64,000 nucleotides of DNA from a bacterium (GCA_963675755.2 CAXXMD010000002.1:160001-224000), one strand, 5' to 3'; shown: positions 8,163 through 18,810, counted from the stretch's first letter. The notes: a model not told the origin generated them from the sequence alone. Numbers and translations are program-made.

Positions 8163-10622
8163 ATGAGAAACAGATTTAATGTGGTATTTCGGATGATTTG
8201 TATGATAGTGTTAACTGCCATTTTACAGTCGGTAAATGCTGAAACTTTTAGAGTTGATGATTCAAATGTGAATGATGTTCTTGCTAATGCACAGCCGGGA
8301 GATGAGATCGTCTTTACGAATGGCTATTATTCAGGTTTACAGATTAGTATTAATTCCTCCGGCACTGAAGAATCACCCATAATTCTTCGTGCGGATTCTA
8401 CAGGCAAGGTGATTTTTACCGGTACAGGTTCAAGTTTGCGTTTTTTTGGCAATTGGGTTATTGTTGAGGGTTTTCGGTGGTTTAATGTGCACAAGAAAGT
8501 TTCAACACCTGTAATTTTATTCAAAGGTGCCAAACATAATGTTTTCAGAAACAACGAGATCTACAATTCTGGTGCAATAGAGGGAAGCTCTTCACGCGGT
8601 GTTATAAGAGTCATGAATACGTCGCAGAATAATATCATTGAGAATAACCGCTTTGAACATTCTTTAAGCATGGGAATCCAGGTCTGGTGCTGGGATGACG
8701 ATACAAACAATACAGACAATATTATCCGTAATAATCATTTTTTAGACCATATAGGTTACGAGGTGTTACAACTGGGGCAGGGCTCAAACAGTGCTTTTGT
8801 TGATCAGCGGACACTTGTTGAAAACAATCTCTTTGAGAATATAACCATGCAGGACCCTGAGCTGATTTCCTGCAAGACTTCAAAAAATATTATCAGGCAC
8901 AATACATTCAGAAATTGTAACAGTATGCTGGTGTTACGTACAGGTGCAGGTACTATTGTAGACGGAAACTGGTTTTTAAATTCTCATGGTATCCGCATAC
9001 ATGACCGAGATCATGTGATCATTAACAACTATATTGAAGGTCTTCCCTCTGTAATAAATTCAGATAATGAAGGTATTACAATTTATTCCGGTAATATGGA
9101 AAGACCCAATACGGATGGTTCTCATTATGCCGTTAAAAATGTACTCATTGCCAACAATACGGTTATCAATCATACAGCGGAACATATACAGATTGGCAGG
9201 AATGCTAATAACTGGCAGTTTGCACCGGACAGTTGCACTATTGAAAACAACCTGGTTGTGAATGATTCAGGTATTGGTATTGATTTTACAGTGGGAACAA
9301 ATTTTACTTTTAGCAAAAACATGGTATGGTCCACCGGCACCGGAACAAATGGCAATGCCCCGGATATGATTGTGTCAGACCCTTTATTTGAGAAAGACGA
9401 TATCATCTATCGTTTACAAGCAGCCAGTCCGGCGATTGATTCTGCACTTGTCGATACCCTTGTTCATATCGACATTGAGGGGCAAGCACGCGGTGAATTT
9501 CCAGATATTGGTGCGGATGAAGTGTCTGCGGATTCTGTTTTGTATACTCCTTTAAACGTTGATGATATTGGTCCCTCGGATATGCCCGAACGTAAAGAAT
9601 TCAGTCTTGATACAAAAGTTGTTGGCGATGGTAGTGTATCCATTGAACCGGAAGGCCCTGTTTATTTGGAAGGGACCGTGGTTAAAGTTACACCCGTAGC
9701 AGCAGAAGGCTTTTATTTTTATTGCTGGCGTGGAAATGCTATGAGCAATAAAATCCCTTATTATGTAAAAATGGATGATAATAAAAGTGTGACCGCTGTA
9801 TTTTATGCATACAAGAATAACACATTTATCCCCACTGACGACGCTTATATCGGTGGCGGAGAAAATGGGGACGGTAACTGGGGAGACAGCAAGAAATTAT
9901 ATGTACGGAATACCGAAAATGAAAAAAATATGCGAAAAACCCTGCTGAAATTTGATCTCCGCAAAGAAGATTATTCGCATGCTGATCATGCAATTTTGCG
10001 TTTGTATGTAAACAATATTTATAATGAAAGCACCTGTCCCTTTGTGATATACAATGTTGATGACAACTGGAAGGAATACGATGTAACCTGGAATACTGCT
10101 CCTGCAGTTATTTCGACTATTGATAGTTTTCGTATCAGCACTACAAAAGCATATGCCGAATTTGACATCACGGATTGCGTCAACAGCGAACTGGAAAATG
10201 ATGATATTATATCCATATCTCTCTGGGACACAACACAAAGCAACGCAGTTGCTTATTTTAAAAGTAAAGAAGAAAGTTCAGAATTACCTGAACTGGTGCT
10301 GACCAGCATTTCAGATGTATCTGAAAATATAGCCGGTATTGCAGATAAATTTTTATTAGACCAGAATTATCCCAATCCTTTTAATGCCGGAACGACAATA
10401 AAATATGGCATCAATAAACCGGGAAATGTTCTGATCAATATTTATAATATAAAAGGCGAGCTGATCAGTCGTCTTGTTGATGGTTTTAAACCTGCAGGTG
10501 AATATACTGTAAAGTGGAACGGTTCGACCGAATCTGGTATATCTGTCTCGAGCGGTGTTTACTTTTACTCAATCGAGTTTGATTCATTTGTTTTGAGGAA
10601 AAAAATGATCATGCTCAAATAG
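8163..10622 (+). CDS. PL6 (chondroitinase B/alginate lyase)-like beta-helix + B-repeat/Flg_new-like domain + DNRLRE (CBM96-like) domain + sorting tail
   Basis: AQPGDEIV, DPELISCKTSKNIIRHNTF, LVLRTG, GIRIHDRDHVIINNY, PDIGADE; PTDDAYI...LLKFDL...VTWNTAP; LDQNYPNPFN. ATG 8163 follows AGGAG; the ORF track starts at GTG 8160. Confidence 0.8.
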   Translation: MRNRFNVVFRMICMIVLTAILQSVNAETFRVDDSNVNDVLANAQPGDEIVFTNGYYSGLQISINSSGTEESPIILRADSTGKVIFTGTGSSLRFFGNWVIVEGFRWFNVHKKVSTPVILFKGAKHNVFRNNEIYNSGAIEGSSSRGVIRVMNTSQNNIIENNRFEHSLSMGIQVWCWDDDTNNTDNIIRNNHFLDHIGYEVLQLGQGSNSAFVDQRTLVENNLFENITMQDPELISCKTSKNIIRHNTFRNCNSMLVLRTGAGTIVDGNWFLNSHGIRIHDRDHVIINNYIEGLPSVINSDNEGITIYSGNMERPNTDGSHYAVKNVLIANNTVINHTAEHIQIGRNANNWQFAPDSCTIENNLVVNDSGIGIDFTVGTNFTFSKNMVWSTGTGTNGNAPDMIVSDPLFEKDDIIYRLQAASPAIDSALVDTLVHIDIEGQARGEFPDIGADEVSADSVLYTPLNVDDIGPSDMPERKEFSLDTKVVGDGSVSIEPEGPVYLEGTVVKVTPVAAEGFYFYCWRGNAMSNKIPYYVKMDDNKSVTAVFYAYKNNTFIPTDDAYIGGGENGDGNWGDSKKLYVRNTENEKNMRKTLLKFDLRKEDYSHADHAILRLYVNNIYNESTCPFVIYNVDDNWKEYDVTWNTAPAVISTIDSFRISTTKAYAEFDITDCVNSELENDDIISISLWDTTQSNAVAYFKSKEESSELPELVLTSISDVSENIAGIADKFLLDQNYPNPFNAGTTIKYGINKPGNVLINIYNIKGELISRLVDGFKPAGEYTVKWNGSTESGISVSSGVYFYSIEFDSFVLRKKMIMLK

Positions 10623-10717
10623 TAAGCACAAAAAACTGACCATTAACTACACATTATAGGGCTGTACGGATTTTGTTGAGAGCAAGTTGACTGGCCTTAT
10701 ATTGTGGAGGAGGTAAT

Positions 10718-13700
10718 ATGAATTGTAATCTATTTTCAAGATTGTCAAGGATTGTACTGATTCTAAGTTTGTTTTTTCTTGCAAGATATGCCGATGCAAC
10801 AGTTTATAACGTTGATGATTCGGATATCAATTCCGTGATTTCTAACAGTGCACAGGCAGGAGATACACTGATTATGGATGACGGTACTTATACGGACCTT
10901 GCGATTATTCTGGGTGTGTCCGGAACATCGCAGGCACCGATTACTTTGTTGCCCGAATCTGTAAACGGTGTAACATTCAAGGGTGCATCTTCACGCATCC
11001 AGTTCAGCTCTGATTGGTGGATTGTTGACGGTTTTAAATGGGATTCGGTATTAACTACCAGTTCTACCTCTGTCATCTTTTTTACAGGAGCAGATAATAA
11101 TGTGTTTCGAAATTGTACAGTTTCAAATTCAGGTAGGACCACTGTCGGTTCCAAAACAGGAATTATTCGTGTAATGAACAGTTCACATGACAATATCATT
11201 GAATATAACCGGTTTGATAATTTGGTAAATGTTGGAGTCCAGATATGGGCTTGGGACACGGATACCGATAATACAGGAAACATCATACGATATAATCATT
11301 TTGTTAACCTAACCGCATTTGAAATAATCCAGCTCGGACAAGGAGGATCAAGTGCGTTTGCAAGCCAGCAGACGGTTTTAGAATATAATCTGTTCCAGAA
11401 TATTGAAATGGAAGATCCCGAGCTCATTTCTTCCAAATCATCAGACAATATTCTCCGTTATAATACGTTCAGAGACTGCAGTTCGATGCTGGTACTTCGG
11501 ACTGGTGCACATGCAATTGTAGAAGGAAACTGGTTTTTTGATTCAAAAGGTATTCGTGTTCACGATCGGGATCATATCATTATTAATAACTATATTGAAG
11601 GTCCTTCTTCTGAAACAAATTCCGATAATGAAGGCATTACCTTGTATTGCGGAAATATGGAACGGCCCTATACAGATGGTACCCATTATACTGCCAGGAA
11701 TGTTCTGGTTGCCAATAATACGGTAATCAATCATGAGGCAGAACACATCAATGTTGGCAGGAATAGCACCTATCCCTATTACCCGGACAGTTGCAGGATC
11801 ATCAATAACCTTGTCTCCAATAATGTGGGCATTGGTATCGAATATGAAGCCGGTACAAATATAACCTGGCAGAACAATATTGCGTATCCTACCGGCAGCG
11901 GAACAGCCGGTGATGCTCCGAATCTGATTACGCGGGACCCATCTCTGACATTTGATGATCCCATTTATCGCCCGCAATCGGGCTATGCTGCTGTTGACAG
12001 TGGTGTTACCGTTACAGATGTAAGTGATGATATAGAAGGGCAGGACCGGGACAATTATCCCGATATCGGTGCTGATGAATACTCGCAGGATTCCGTTCTT
12101 CGATCTCCGCTTACCATCTCTGATGTAGGACCGTATGCCGGACAAACCGTTCAATATACGTTAACAGTTACACCATCAGGTTCCGGGATTGTTACGCTTG
12201 ATCCTTCCGGTGGCACATATGAATTGAGCACCGTAGTAACTATGACTGCCATTGCAGACAGTTCATGGAGATTCACCTCGTGGAGCGAGGATGCCAGCGG
12301 TACCGGCAGTGTAAAACCCGTATCCATGTATGATGATTATAATATTACTGCTAATTTTGCACAGGTATCCTCTACACCGGTAAATCTGACAGTAGCGTCC
12401 GTTGAAGCTTCGGAAGATGACGGCAATATTGCTGCAAATACCCTCGATGATGATTTCGATACCCGATGGTCTGCCGAAGATGGACCGCAGTACCTTGCCT
12501 TTGATTTGGGTTATATATACAAAGTGAGCAGTCTTGAAATAGCCTGGTTTAACGGAGATCAGCGGTCATCCTATTTTCAGATCGATATCTCTTCAGATAG
12601 CTCAAACTGGACAACCGTATTAACCGACACAAGCTGTGGTACTACTACAGCCCTTGAAGCATTTGATATTACGGATGTTGCCGCAAGGTATGTACGTTAT
12701 GTGGGCAATGGGAATTCTTCCAATGACTGGAACAGTGTAACGGAAGTGAATATTATTGGTATGATAAATTCTACTGCTGGTCAGTATACCCTCTCAACTG
12801 GCACAACAGGATCGGGATCAGTTACGCTTGATCCTTCGGGAGGTACATATAACCCGGATACGGAAGTCGAGTTAACAGCTGTACCTGCCAGCGGTTGGCG
12901 ATTTGATTTATGGAGCGGCAGTTTGTCTGGTAGCCAAAATCCTGATACTCTGACCATAGACAGCAACAAATCGGTAACAGCCACGTTTGTACAGGTTTGC
13001 ACTCTTTCTGTGAATACAACCGGTTCCGGCAGCGTAACGCTTAATCCCTCAGGTGGTGTATATGATGTAAACACTGAAGTGATATTAACACCGGTGCCTG
13101 TTTCGGGTTGGGAATTCGATTCGTGGAGTGGAGATTTGAGCGGCAGTACTGTTCCCGATACCATTACCATGAATGCTAACAAGAGTATAACTGCGGTGTT
13201 TACCGAACAAACCGGTGAACCGGATACAACGACAGTATATGCCGCGGCAGACGCTTTTGTAAGAGCTGGCGATTATGCTGATGACAATTTTGGTAGTGAA
13301 ACAAGACTTCAACTCAAAGAACTTGCTTTAAATTATCTGTACCACTCTTATATCAAGATGGATTGTGCTTCGGAAGGCTTAAACGATTGCAACTCTGCAA
13401 CATTGAAACTGAATATCTATTATGTTCAAGCCGCTTATACACTCAGTATTTATAAAACCTCCGATGACTGGACTGAAGGTGGTATTACATTCAATAACGC
13501 TCCATCCGCGGGTGATCTGGTAACAACGGTTTCGGTCAGTGCGGCTGGTACATATAATATTGATGTAACGGACTATGTTGATGCTGAACTTGCAGATGAC
13601 GATACAATCTCGTTTCTGCTCATTGGTCAAAACACCAACAGTTATATACGAAGCCGTGAAACAGCGTATGACCCTGAATTGGAAATTATAACCGGCTCAG

Positions 13701-14023
13701 CAGAAAAAAAACTTCCTCCGGGTTTTTTAGAGCCGGTTATTCCTTTGGCTTACAGCCTGCACCAGAATTGGCCTAATCCATTTAACCCGGTAACGACCAT
13801 TCGGTATGAACTGAGTGAACCCAGTTATGTAAATCTTTCGGTCTATGATATAAACGGCCGGCTTGTTTCTATCCTGGTTGATCAGCATCAGGAAACCGGC
13901 ATTTATCAGCAAAAATGGTCATCTGTCAGCAGGGAGGGCAGGACTATGTCTACCGGTATATATTTCTACAAATTAAAAGCCGGCACTTTTCAGGATGTGA
14001 AAAAGATGCTGCTTGTGAAATAA
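10718..14023 (+). CDS. PL6-like lyase + F5/8 type C (CBM32) + three B-repeat/Flg_new-like repeats + DNRLRE (CBM96-like) + sorting tail
   Basis: Catalytic region paralogous to the previous gene (DPELISSKS, LVLRTG); ASEDDGNIAANTLDDDFDTRWSAE; ADAFVRAG...WTEGGITFNNAP; LHQNWPNPFNP; SD GGAGGAGG. Confidence 0.82.
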   Translation: MNCNLFSRLSRIVLILSLFFLARYADATVYNVDDSDINSVISNSAQAGDTLIMDDGTYTDLAIILGVSGTSQAPITLLPESVNGVTFKGASSRIQFSSDWWIVDGFKWDSVLTTSSTSVIFFTGADNNVFRNCTVSNSGRTTVGSKTGIIRVMNSSHDNIIEYNRFDNLVNVGVQIWAWDTDTDNTGNIIRYNHFVNLTAFEIIQLGQGGSSAFASQQTVLEYNLFQNIEMEDPELISSKSSDNILRYNTFRDCSSMLVLRTGAHAIVEGNWFFDSKGIRVHDRDHIIINNYIEGPSSETNSDNEGITLYCGNMERPYTDGTHYTARNVLVANNTVINHEAEHINVGRNSTYPYYPDSCRIINNLVSNNVGIGIEYEAGTNITWQNNIAYPTGSGTAGDAPNLITRDPSLTFDDPIYRPQSGYAAVDSGVTVTDVSDDIEGQDRDNYPDIGADEYSQDSVLRSPLTISDVGPYAGQTVQYTLTVTPSGSGIVTLDPSGGTYELSTVVTMTAIADSSWRFTSWSEDASGTGSVKPVSMYDDYNITANFAQVSSTPVNLTVASVEASEDDGNIAANTLDDDFDTRWSAEDGPQYLAFDLGYIYKVSSLEIAWFNGDQRSSYFQIDISSDSSNWTTVLTDTSCGTTTALEAFDITDVAARYVRYVGNGNSSNDWNSVTEVNIIGMINSTAGQYTLSTGTTGSGSVTLDPSGGTYNPDTEVELTAVPASGWRFDLWSGSLSGSQNPDTLTIDSNKSVTATFVQVCTLSVNTTGSGSVTLNPSGGVYDVNTEVILTPVPVSGWEFDSWSGDLSGSTVPDTITMNANKSITAVFTEQTGEPDTTTVYAAADAFVRAGDYADDNFGSETRLQLKELALNYLYHSYIKMDCASEGLNDCNSATLKLNIYYVQAAYTLSIYKTSDDWTEGGITFNNAPSAGDLVTTVSVSAAGTYNIDVTDYVDAELADDDTISFLLIGQNTNSYIRSRETAYDPELEIITGSAEKKLPPGFLEPVIPLAYSLHQNWPNPFNPVTTIRYELSEPSYVNLSVYDINGRLVSILVDQHQETGIYQQKWSSVSREGRTMSTGIYFYKLKAGTFQDVKKMLLVK
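12155..13204 (+). repeat. Three intragenic ~70-aa repeats (YTLxV...GSGxVTLxPSGGxY...WxFxxWS), the first separated from the other two by the CBM32
   Basis: Copies start near 12155, 12785 and 12998; DNA gttacgcttgatccttc recurs at 12191 and 12821. Confidence 0.8.
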
Positions 14024-14031
14024 AAAAATAT

Positions 14032-14062
14032 CAGTGGCAGATATGAGAAATATCTGCCGCTG
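14032..14062 (+). terminator. Intergenic hairpin
   Basis: CAGTGGCAGATAT / ATATCTGCCGCTG, 13 bp with one G-U pair, 5-nt loop, no + strand U-tract. Confidence 0.55.
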
Positions 14063-14097
14063 GATTAAATGGTTTGAATTGTGAGAGTCAGGAGACA

Positions 14098-16050
14098 ATG
14101 GGCGATAAAAATATAAAGTGTTTGAATAAAAAACAGTATTCCATATTTAATATTGTGAAAAAAATATTTTTACCGATAATAGGATTTCTCTCTTTTTTAT
14201 GGATAGTATATCGTGTTATATCAAAACCGAGCCGAATCCAGTATCCTTGTATTAGAATGTCTGCTCCTGTTGCGTCAGGGTTTTTAATCTGGATAATGGG
14301 TCTATTTTCATCCGCCTATGCAATCCATCAGATAAAAAGATTTGTAAAAAGCAGACGATGGATTTTATCGGTTACGCTGATGTTTGTTGTACTGATTTTA
14401 ACAGTTATTTTTACTTATGATCCACAATTACCTGTTTATGCAAACTCGAACAGTTACCTTGCACCCAATACGCCTGTGGGGACTCCGCGGGGTGTAAAAC
14501 CCGGACGCGTAGTTTGGAGTTGGAATCCGAAAGCAACTAATGAAAACTGTACAAATGCATTCGGTGATGCCTACTATTTATCACAGAATACCAATATAGA
14601 TGTTGTAAACAGCATGATTGATGAATCAATTCTTCGTTTAACCGGAGCAGAAAATCTAAAATGCGCCTGGGATTCGCTGTTTGTTTATTTTAACCGAAAT
14701 CACGCCAAGGTCAACCATACCTATAACCCAGGTGAGAAAATATGTATTAAAACAAATGCGGTAGGTACAAGTGTAGATGAGGATTACAATGTAACCAACC
14801 TGTCCCAATACCAGATGGCGAGAACATCACCACAGCCGGTACTGGTTATACTGCGTCATCTGATCAATATCTGTGGTATTGCGCAGGAGAATATAAGTGT
14901 AGGAGACCCGTCCCGATATATGCAAAATGAAGTGTTTGATTTACTGCATGGCGAGTTTCCGGATGTAAAATATATCTGCCGGCAGGGCACCAAGGGCAGA
15001 ACAAAATCCGTAGCAACCGACAATGCGTCACTTTTCTATTCGGACCGGGGTACAATTTTACGGACCGGTTCGTGGGAAGACGCATCGTCCGGTTCTGCTG
15101 TGCATAATGACAAACTGTTCACAGTGATCGAAAATGCTGATTACCTGATCAACATTTCCGCGTTCAAGGCGCATGAGCGGGCGGGTGTTACCTTTTGTGC
15201 CAAAAACCATTTTGGATCACAGGGGCGCAGCAACTCCCGGCACATGCACATGGGGCTTGTGAGTCCCGATCAGGGAGAGGCTGAACGAAGTGGTTACGGC
15301 CTGTACCGGATCCAGGTTGATCTTATGGCGCACAAAGACCTTGGAGGCAAAACTGTATTATTCATGGTTGATGGATTGTGGGGCGGTTCAGGCGCCAATG
15401 ATCCGCCGCGAAAATTCCAAATGATGCCGTTCAATAATGACTGGTCGTCTTCGATTTTCATGTCGCAGGACCAGGTTGCGCTTGAATCGGTATGTTATGA
15501 TTTTCTCAAAGCAGAATTTACGGAAGACAATCCCTACGGCTCGTGGCCGCAGATGGTTGGTACGGATGATTATCTGATGCAGGCGGCAGATAATCAATAC
15601 TGGCCGGAAGGGTTTGTTTATGATCCGGAAAAAGACGAGACTGCTGTAACAAGCCTTGGCGTTCATGAACACTGGAACAATGATATAGATAAACAGTACA
15701 CGGGAAATCTGGAAGGTTCAGGCGGTATAGAACTGGTGAAAATTGAGAATACAACCTCTGTAGAATCGGAGGAAAAGAGCTTACCAGATGACATTCAGCT
15801 ACTGCAGAATTATCCCAATCCTTTTAATGCAAAAACCGTTATTTCTTTTTATCTGGAAAAGCCATCACAGGTGTCTTTAAAAATATATGATATTCAGGGA
15901 CACCAGATAGAAACCGTATGTAGTGGAATACAGCCGGCCGGTTTTAGTAGAATCCATTTTTCAGGCAGTCAATATGCCAGCGGGGTCTATTTTTATGAAC
16001 TGTTAACCGAATACAGCATTTTGAGACGAAAGATGGTTCTGATCAGGTAA
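14098..16050 (+). CDS. DUF362-domain protein with N-terminal TM helices and T9SS/FlgD-type tail
   Basis: RVISKPSRIQYPC, GVKPGRVVW, ADYLINISAFKAHERAGVTFCAKNHFGS, SQDQVALESV, GVHEHWNN; LLQNYPNPFN. ATG 14098 follows AGGAG; the ORF track starts at 14074. Confidence 0.78.
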   Translation: MGDKNIKCLNKKQYSIFNIVKKIFLPIIGFLSFLWIVYRVISKPSRIQYPCIRMSAPVASGFLIWIMGLFSSAYAIHQIKRFVKSRRWILSVTLMFVVLILTVIFTYDPQLPVYANSNSYLAPNTPVGTPRGVKPGRVVWSWNPKATNENCTNAFGDAYYLSQNTNIDVVNSMIDESILRLTGAENLKCAWDSLFVYFNRNHAKVNHTYNPGEKICIKTNAVGTSVDEDYNVTNLSQYQMARTSPQPVLVILRHLINICGIAQENISVGDPSRYMQNEVFDLLHGEFPDVKYICRQGTKGRTKSVATDNASLFYSDRGTILRTGSWEDASSGSAVHNDKLFTVIENADYLINISAFKAHERAGVTFCAKNHFGSQGRSNSRHMHMGLVSPDQGEAERSGYGLYRIQVDLMAHKDLGGKTVLFMVDGLWGGSGANDPPRKFQMMPFNNDWSSSIFMSQDQVALESVCYDFLKAEFTEDNPYGSWPQMVGTDDYLMQAADNQYWPEGFVYDPEKDETAVTSLGVHEHWNNDIDKQYTGNLEGSGGIELVKIENTTSVESEEKSLPDDIQLLQNYPNPFNAKTVISFYLEKPSQVSLKIYDIQGHQIETVCSGIQPAGFSRIHFSGSQYASGVYFYELLTEYSILRRKMVLIR

Positions 16051-16089
16051 TCACGAACAATTATGGATATATAAAAACAGACTGGATTT

Positions 16090-17313
16090 ATGAAGAAAAT
16101 TAATTCAATGTTGAAATCTGTCGGTCCCGGAATTATTATCGCATCTGCGTGCCTGGGACCCGGAAGCATTACAACTGCTTCCAAAATAGGAACTGATTAT
16201 GGTTACAGTTTGATGTGGGTAGTATTGCTGGCCGGTATTTGTATGGCCATGTATACATCCATGTCTGCAAGGTTTGGGGCAATCAGCTCCAAAACCATAC
16301 TTGCCAGCGTTGCAGAACATTATGGAAGATGGTTCGCAGTATTGATCGGCGTTTCCGCGTTTTTGGCGGCTACCAGTTTTCAGTTCGGCAATAACCTGGG
16401 TGTGGCAACGGCGTTACAGTCCCTCACCGGTATTGATGAGCATATCTGGCCATTAATTATTTCACCAGGCGGTATCGTATTAATTTTTTATGCAAAAAGT
16501 TTATATAAAATCATAGAAAAGATCATGCTGGTACTGGTACTGATTATGATTACCGCTTTTGTTATAAATTTTATTTTTACGAAACCCGAATGGTCTTCAT
16601 TATTTAAGGGATTCGTACCGCACTCTGTCCCGTCAAATGCTATGCATGAGATGGTAGCCATTGTTGGCACCACGTTTATACTCCATTCCTGTTTATACCA
16701 GTCGTACCTGGTGCAATATAAAGGGTGGGACATCAAACAGTTGAAAACCGGTTTCAGAGATTCATTAATTGGCATTATCATTCTCGCTGGTACCAGCTTG
16801 CTGATCATTGCCACATCCGCAACGGCTTTGCATCCCAAGGGAATATCCATAACCAGTGCTGCTGATATGGCGCTTCAGCTTGAAACACTGTTTGGCTCTT
16901 TTGCCAAAATTGTGTTCAGCATGGGACTTTTCGCTGCAGCATTTTCATCATTACTGGTGAATTCCATCATTGGTGGTGGTTTGCTGGCAGACAGTTTAGG
17001 ATGGGGAAACCAAATGAATGATAAGGGGCCCAAAATTTTTGCAACGGTAATTCTGCTTACGGGAATGACCATCGCTGTTTTTTTTCGCGGCAACTTGGTT
17101 TACGCGCTTGTTCTTGCCCAGGCAAGTTCCATGCTGGCAGTTCCTGCTATCGCCGTGGGTTTGATCATGGTTGTTAATAATAAAAAAATTATGGGGGGAC
17201 ATGTTAATAACTGGAAACAGAATATTATTACTTTTATCGGACTGGTTTTGGTTTTTTTTATGGTAATCAATTTTTATTTCAGAATATATGCTTTACTGGG
17301 TTTTGGACATTGA
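16090..17313 (+). CDS. Nramp-like (YcsG-type) permease
   Basis: About 11 hydrophobic segments; VGPGIIIASACLGPGSITTAS, FQFGNNLG, IVGTT, AAAFSS. Confidence 0.8.
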   Translation: MKKINSMLKSVGPGIIIASACLGPGSITTASKIGTDYGYSLMWVVLLAGICMAMYTSMSARFGAISSKTILASVAEHYGRWFAVLIGVSAFLAATSFQFGNNLGVATALQSLTGIDEHIWPLIISPGGIVLIFYAKSLYKIIEKIMLVLVLIMITAFVINFIFTKPEWSSLFKGFVPHSVPSNAMHEMVAIVGTTFILHSCLYQSYLVQYKGWDIKQLKTGFRDSLIGIIILAGTSLLIIATSATALHPKGISITSAADMALQLETLFGSFAKIVFSMGLFAAAFSSLLVNSIIGGGLLADSLGWGNQMNDKGPKIFATVILLTGMTIAVFFRGNLVYALVLAQASSMLAVPAIAVGLIMVVNNKKIMGGHVNNWKQNIITFIGLVLVFFMVINFYFRIYALLGFGH

Positions 17314-17343
17314 GTATTTAATAAACAAAAATTTGGAGTCATA

Positions 17344-18810
17344 ATGGAAAATATAAACAGAAGAGATTTTGTCAAATCCGTTGGCGCGGGAGTCGCATTG
17401 TCGTTGGCTGCCGGAATTGGATCCAATGTGATGGGTGCTAATGACAGGATACGGCTGGGAATCGTCGGTTTGAATTCCAAAGGTGCGTCACATGTGAATA
17501 ACTTTTCGCAACTGGAGAATGTACAGGTTGCCGCCTTGTGTGATGTTGATCGTGATGTTTTGAACAGAGAAAAAGAAAAATTCACCCAAAAGAATACTAA
17601 AGTAGATACCTATACTGATATTCGTAAACTTTTAGATGATAAAGATATAGATGCTATTGTTGTCGTGACCCCGAACCACTGGCACTCTTTAATGGGAATT
17701 TGGGCCTGCCAGGCCGGCAAAGATGTATATGTTGAAAAACCCGTCAGTCATGATGTTTGGGAAGGTCGTCAACTGGTTAGTGCGGCTAAAAAATACAAGC
17801 GAATTGTGCAGGCAGGTACGCAATCCCGTTCAGACGAAGCCTTGAAAGAGGTGTTTCAATATATTCAGGACGGAAATTTAGGCAAAATGAAACTGGTTTG
17901 GGGATTCTGTTATAAGCAAAGGCCAAGTATTGGAAAAGTGAAAGGTCCCCAATCTATCAGCCCATCTGTTGATTACAACCTGTGGACGGGTCCCGCTCCG
18001 TTACAGCCGTTAATGCGTGAAAAACTGCATTATGATTGGCATTGGCAGTGGGATACCGGTAATGGTGATATCGGTAACCAGGGTATCCATCAATTGGATA
18101 TGTGTCGCTGGGCAACCGGGCAGGAGCTGCTGCCTGAACGTGTTATGAGTATAGGGGGACGCTTTGGCTATAACGATGATGGTGAAACCGCAAATACCCA
18201 GATAATATTTTATGATTATAAACCTGTACCAATCATTTTTGAAGTACGGGGCTTGCCAGCCCGCAAAGATAGTACACAAATGGACCACTTTAAAGGCATA
18301 AGGATTGGGATTGTGATCGAATGCGAGCACGGCTATTTTGCTGGAGGCGCCGGAGGCGGTTGGATATATGATAACAATGGTAAGCGGGGCAAACAGTTTT
18401 CCAGTCCCGGTGGAGGCGGACACCATGGTAATTTTATTGATGCTATGAGAAGCAGAAGAGAAAGCGATCTGAATGCTCCCATCATTGAGGGACATGTGTC
18501 ATCCGGGTTGGCACATCTGGCCAACATTTCACACCGCATCGGTGTGAAAAACAGTATTGATGTGGTAAATGAACAATGCAAAAGTTATTACGATATGAAC
18601 AAGGTGTTTTATCGGTTGCAGTCCCATCTTTTTGAGAACTGGGTGGACCTTTCAAAGGATCTGGTAACCATGGGACCGGATCTTGAATTTGATCCAAAAG
18701 CGGAAAGATTCATTTCCAATGTTGAATATGATCAGGGATATTGGGCTAATACTATGCTGAAAAGGCAGAGCGTTCGTGAACCGTTTGTTGTGAAAGAAAT
18801 TAAAGGTTAA
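17344..18810 (+). CDS. Tat-exported Gfo/Idh/MocA oxidoreductase
   Basis: INRRDFVK twin-arginine signal; TPNHWH, DVYVEKP, GDIGNQGIHQLD. Confidence 0.9.
   Translation: MENINRRDFVKSVGAGVALSLAAGIGSNVMGANDRIRLGIVGLNSKGASHVNNFSQLENVQVAALCDVDRDVLNREKEKFTQKNTKVDTYTDIRKLLDDKDIDAIVVVTPNHWHSLMGIWACQAGKDVYVEKPVSHDVWEGRQLVSAAKKYKRIVQAGTQSRSDEALKEVFQYIQDGNLGKMKLVWGFCYKQRPSIGKVKGPQSISPSVDYNLWTGPAPLQPLMREKLHYDWHWQWDTGNGDIGNQGIHQLDMCRWATGQELLPERVMSIGGRFGYNDDGETANTQIIFYDYKPVPIIFEVRGLPARKDSTQMDHFKGIRIGIVIECEHGYFAGGAGGGWIYDNNGKRGKQFSSPGGGGHHGNFIDAMRSRRESDLNAPIIEGHVSSGLAHLANISHRIGVKNSIDVVNEQCKSYYDMNKVFYRLQSHLFENWVDLSKDLVTMGPDLEFDPKAERFISNVEYDQGYWANTMLKRQSVREPFVVKEIKG

Noticed and set aside
11543-12154. 203-aa minus-strand ORF
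   Set aside because: Antisense shadow of the PL6 gene; no recognisable motif.
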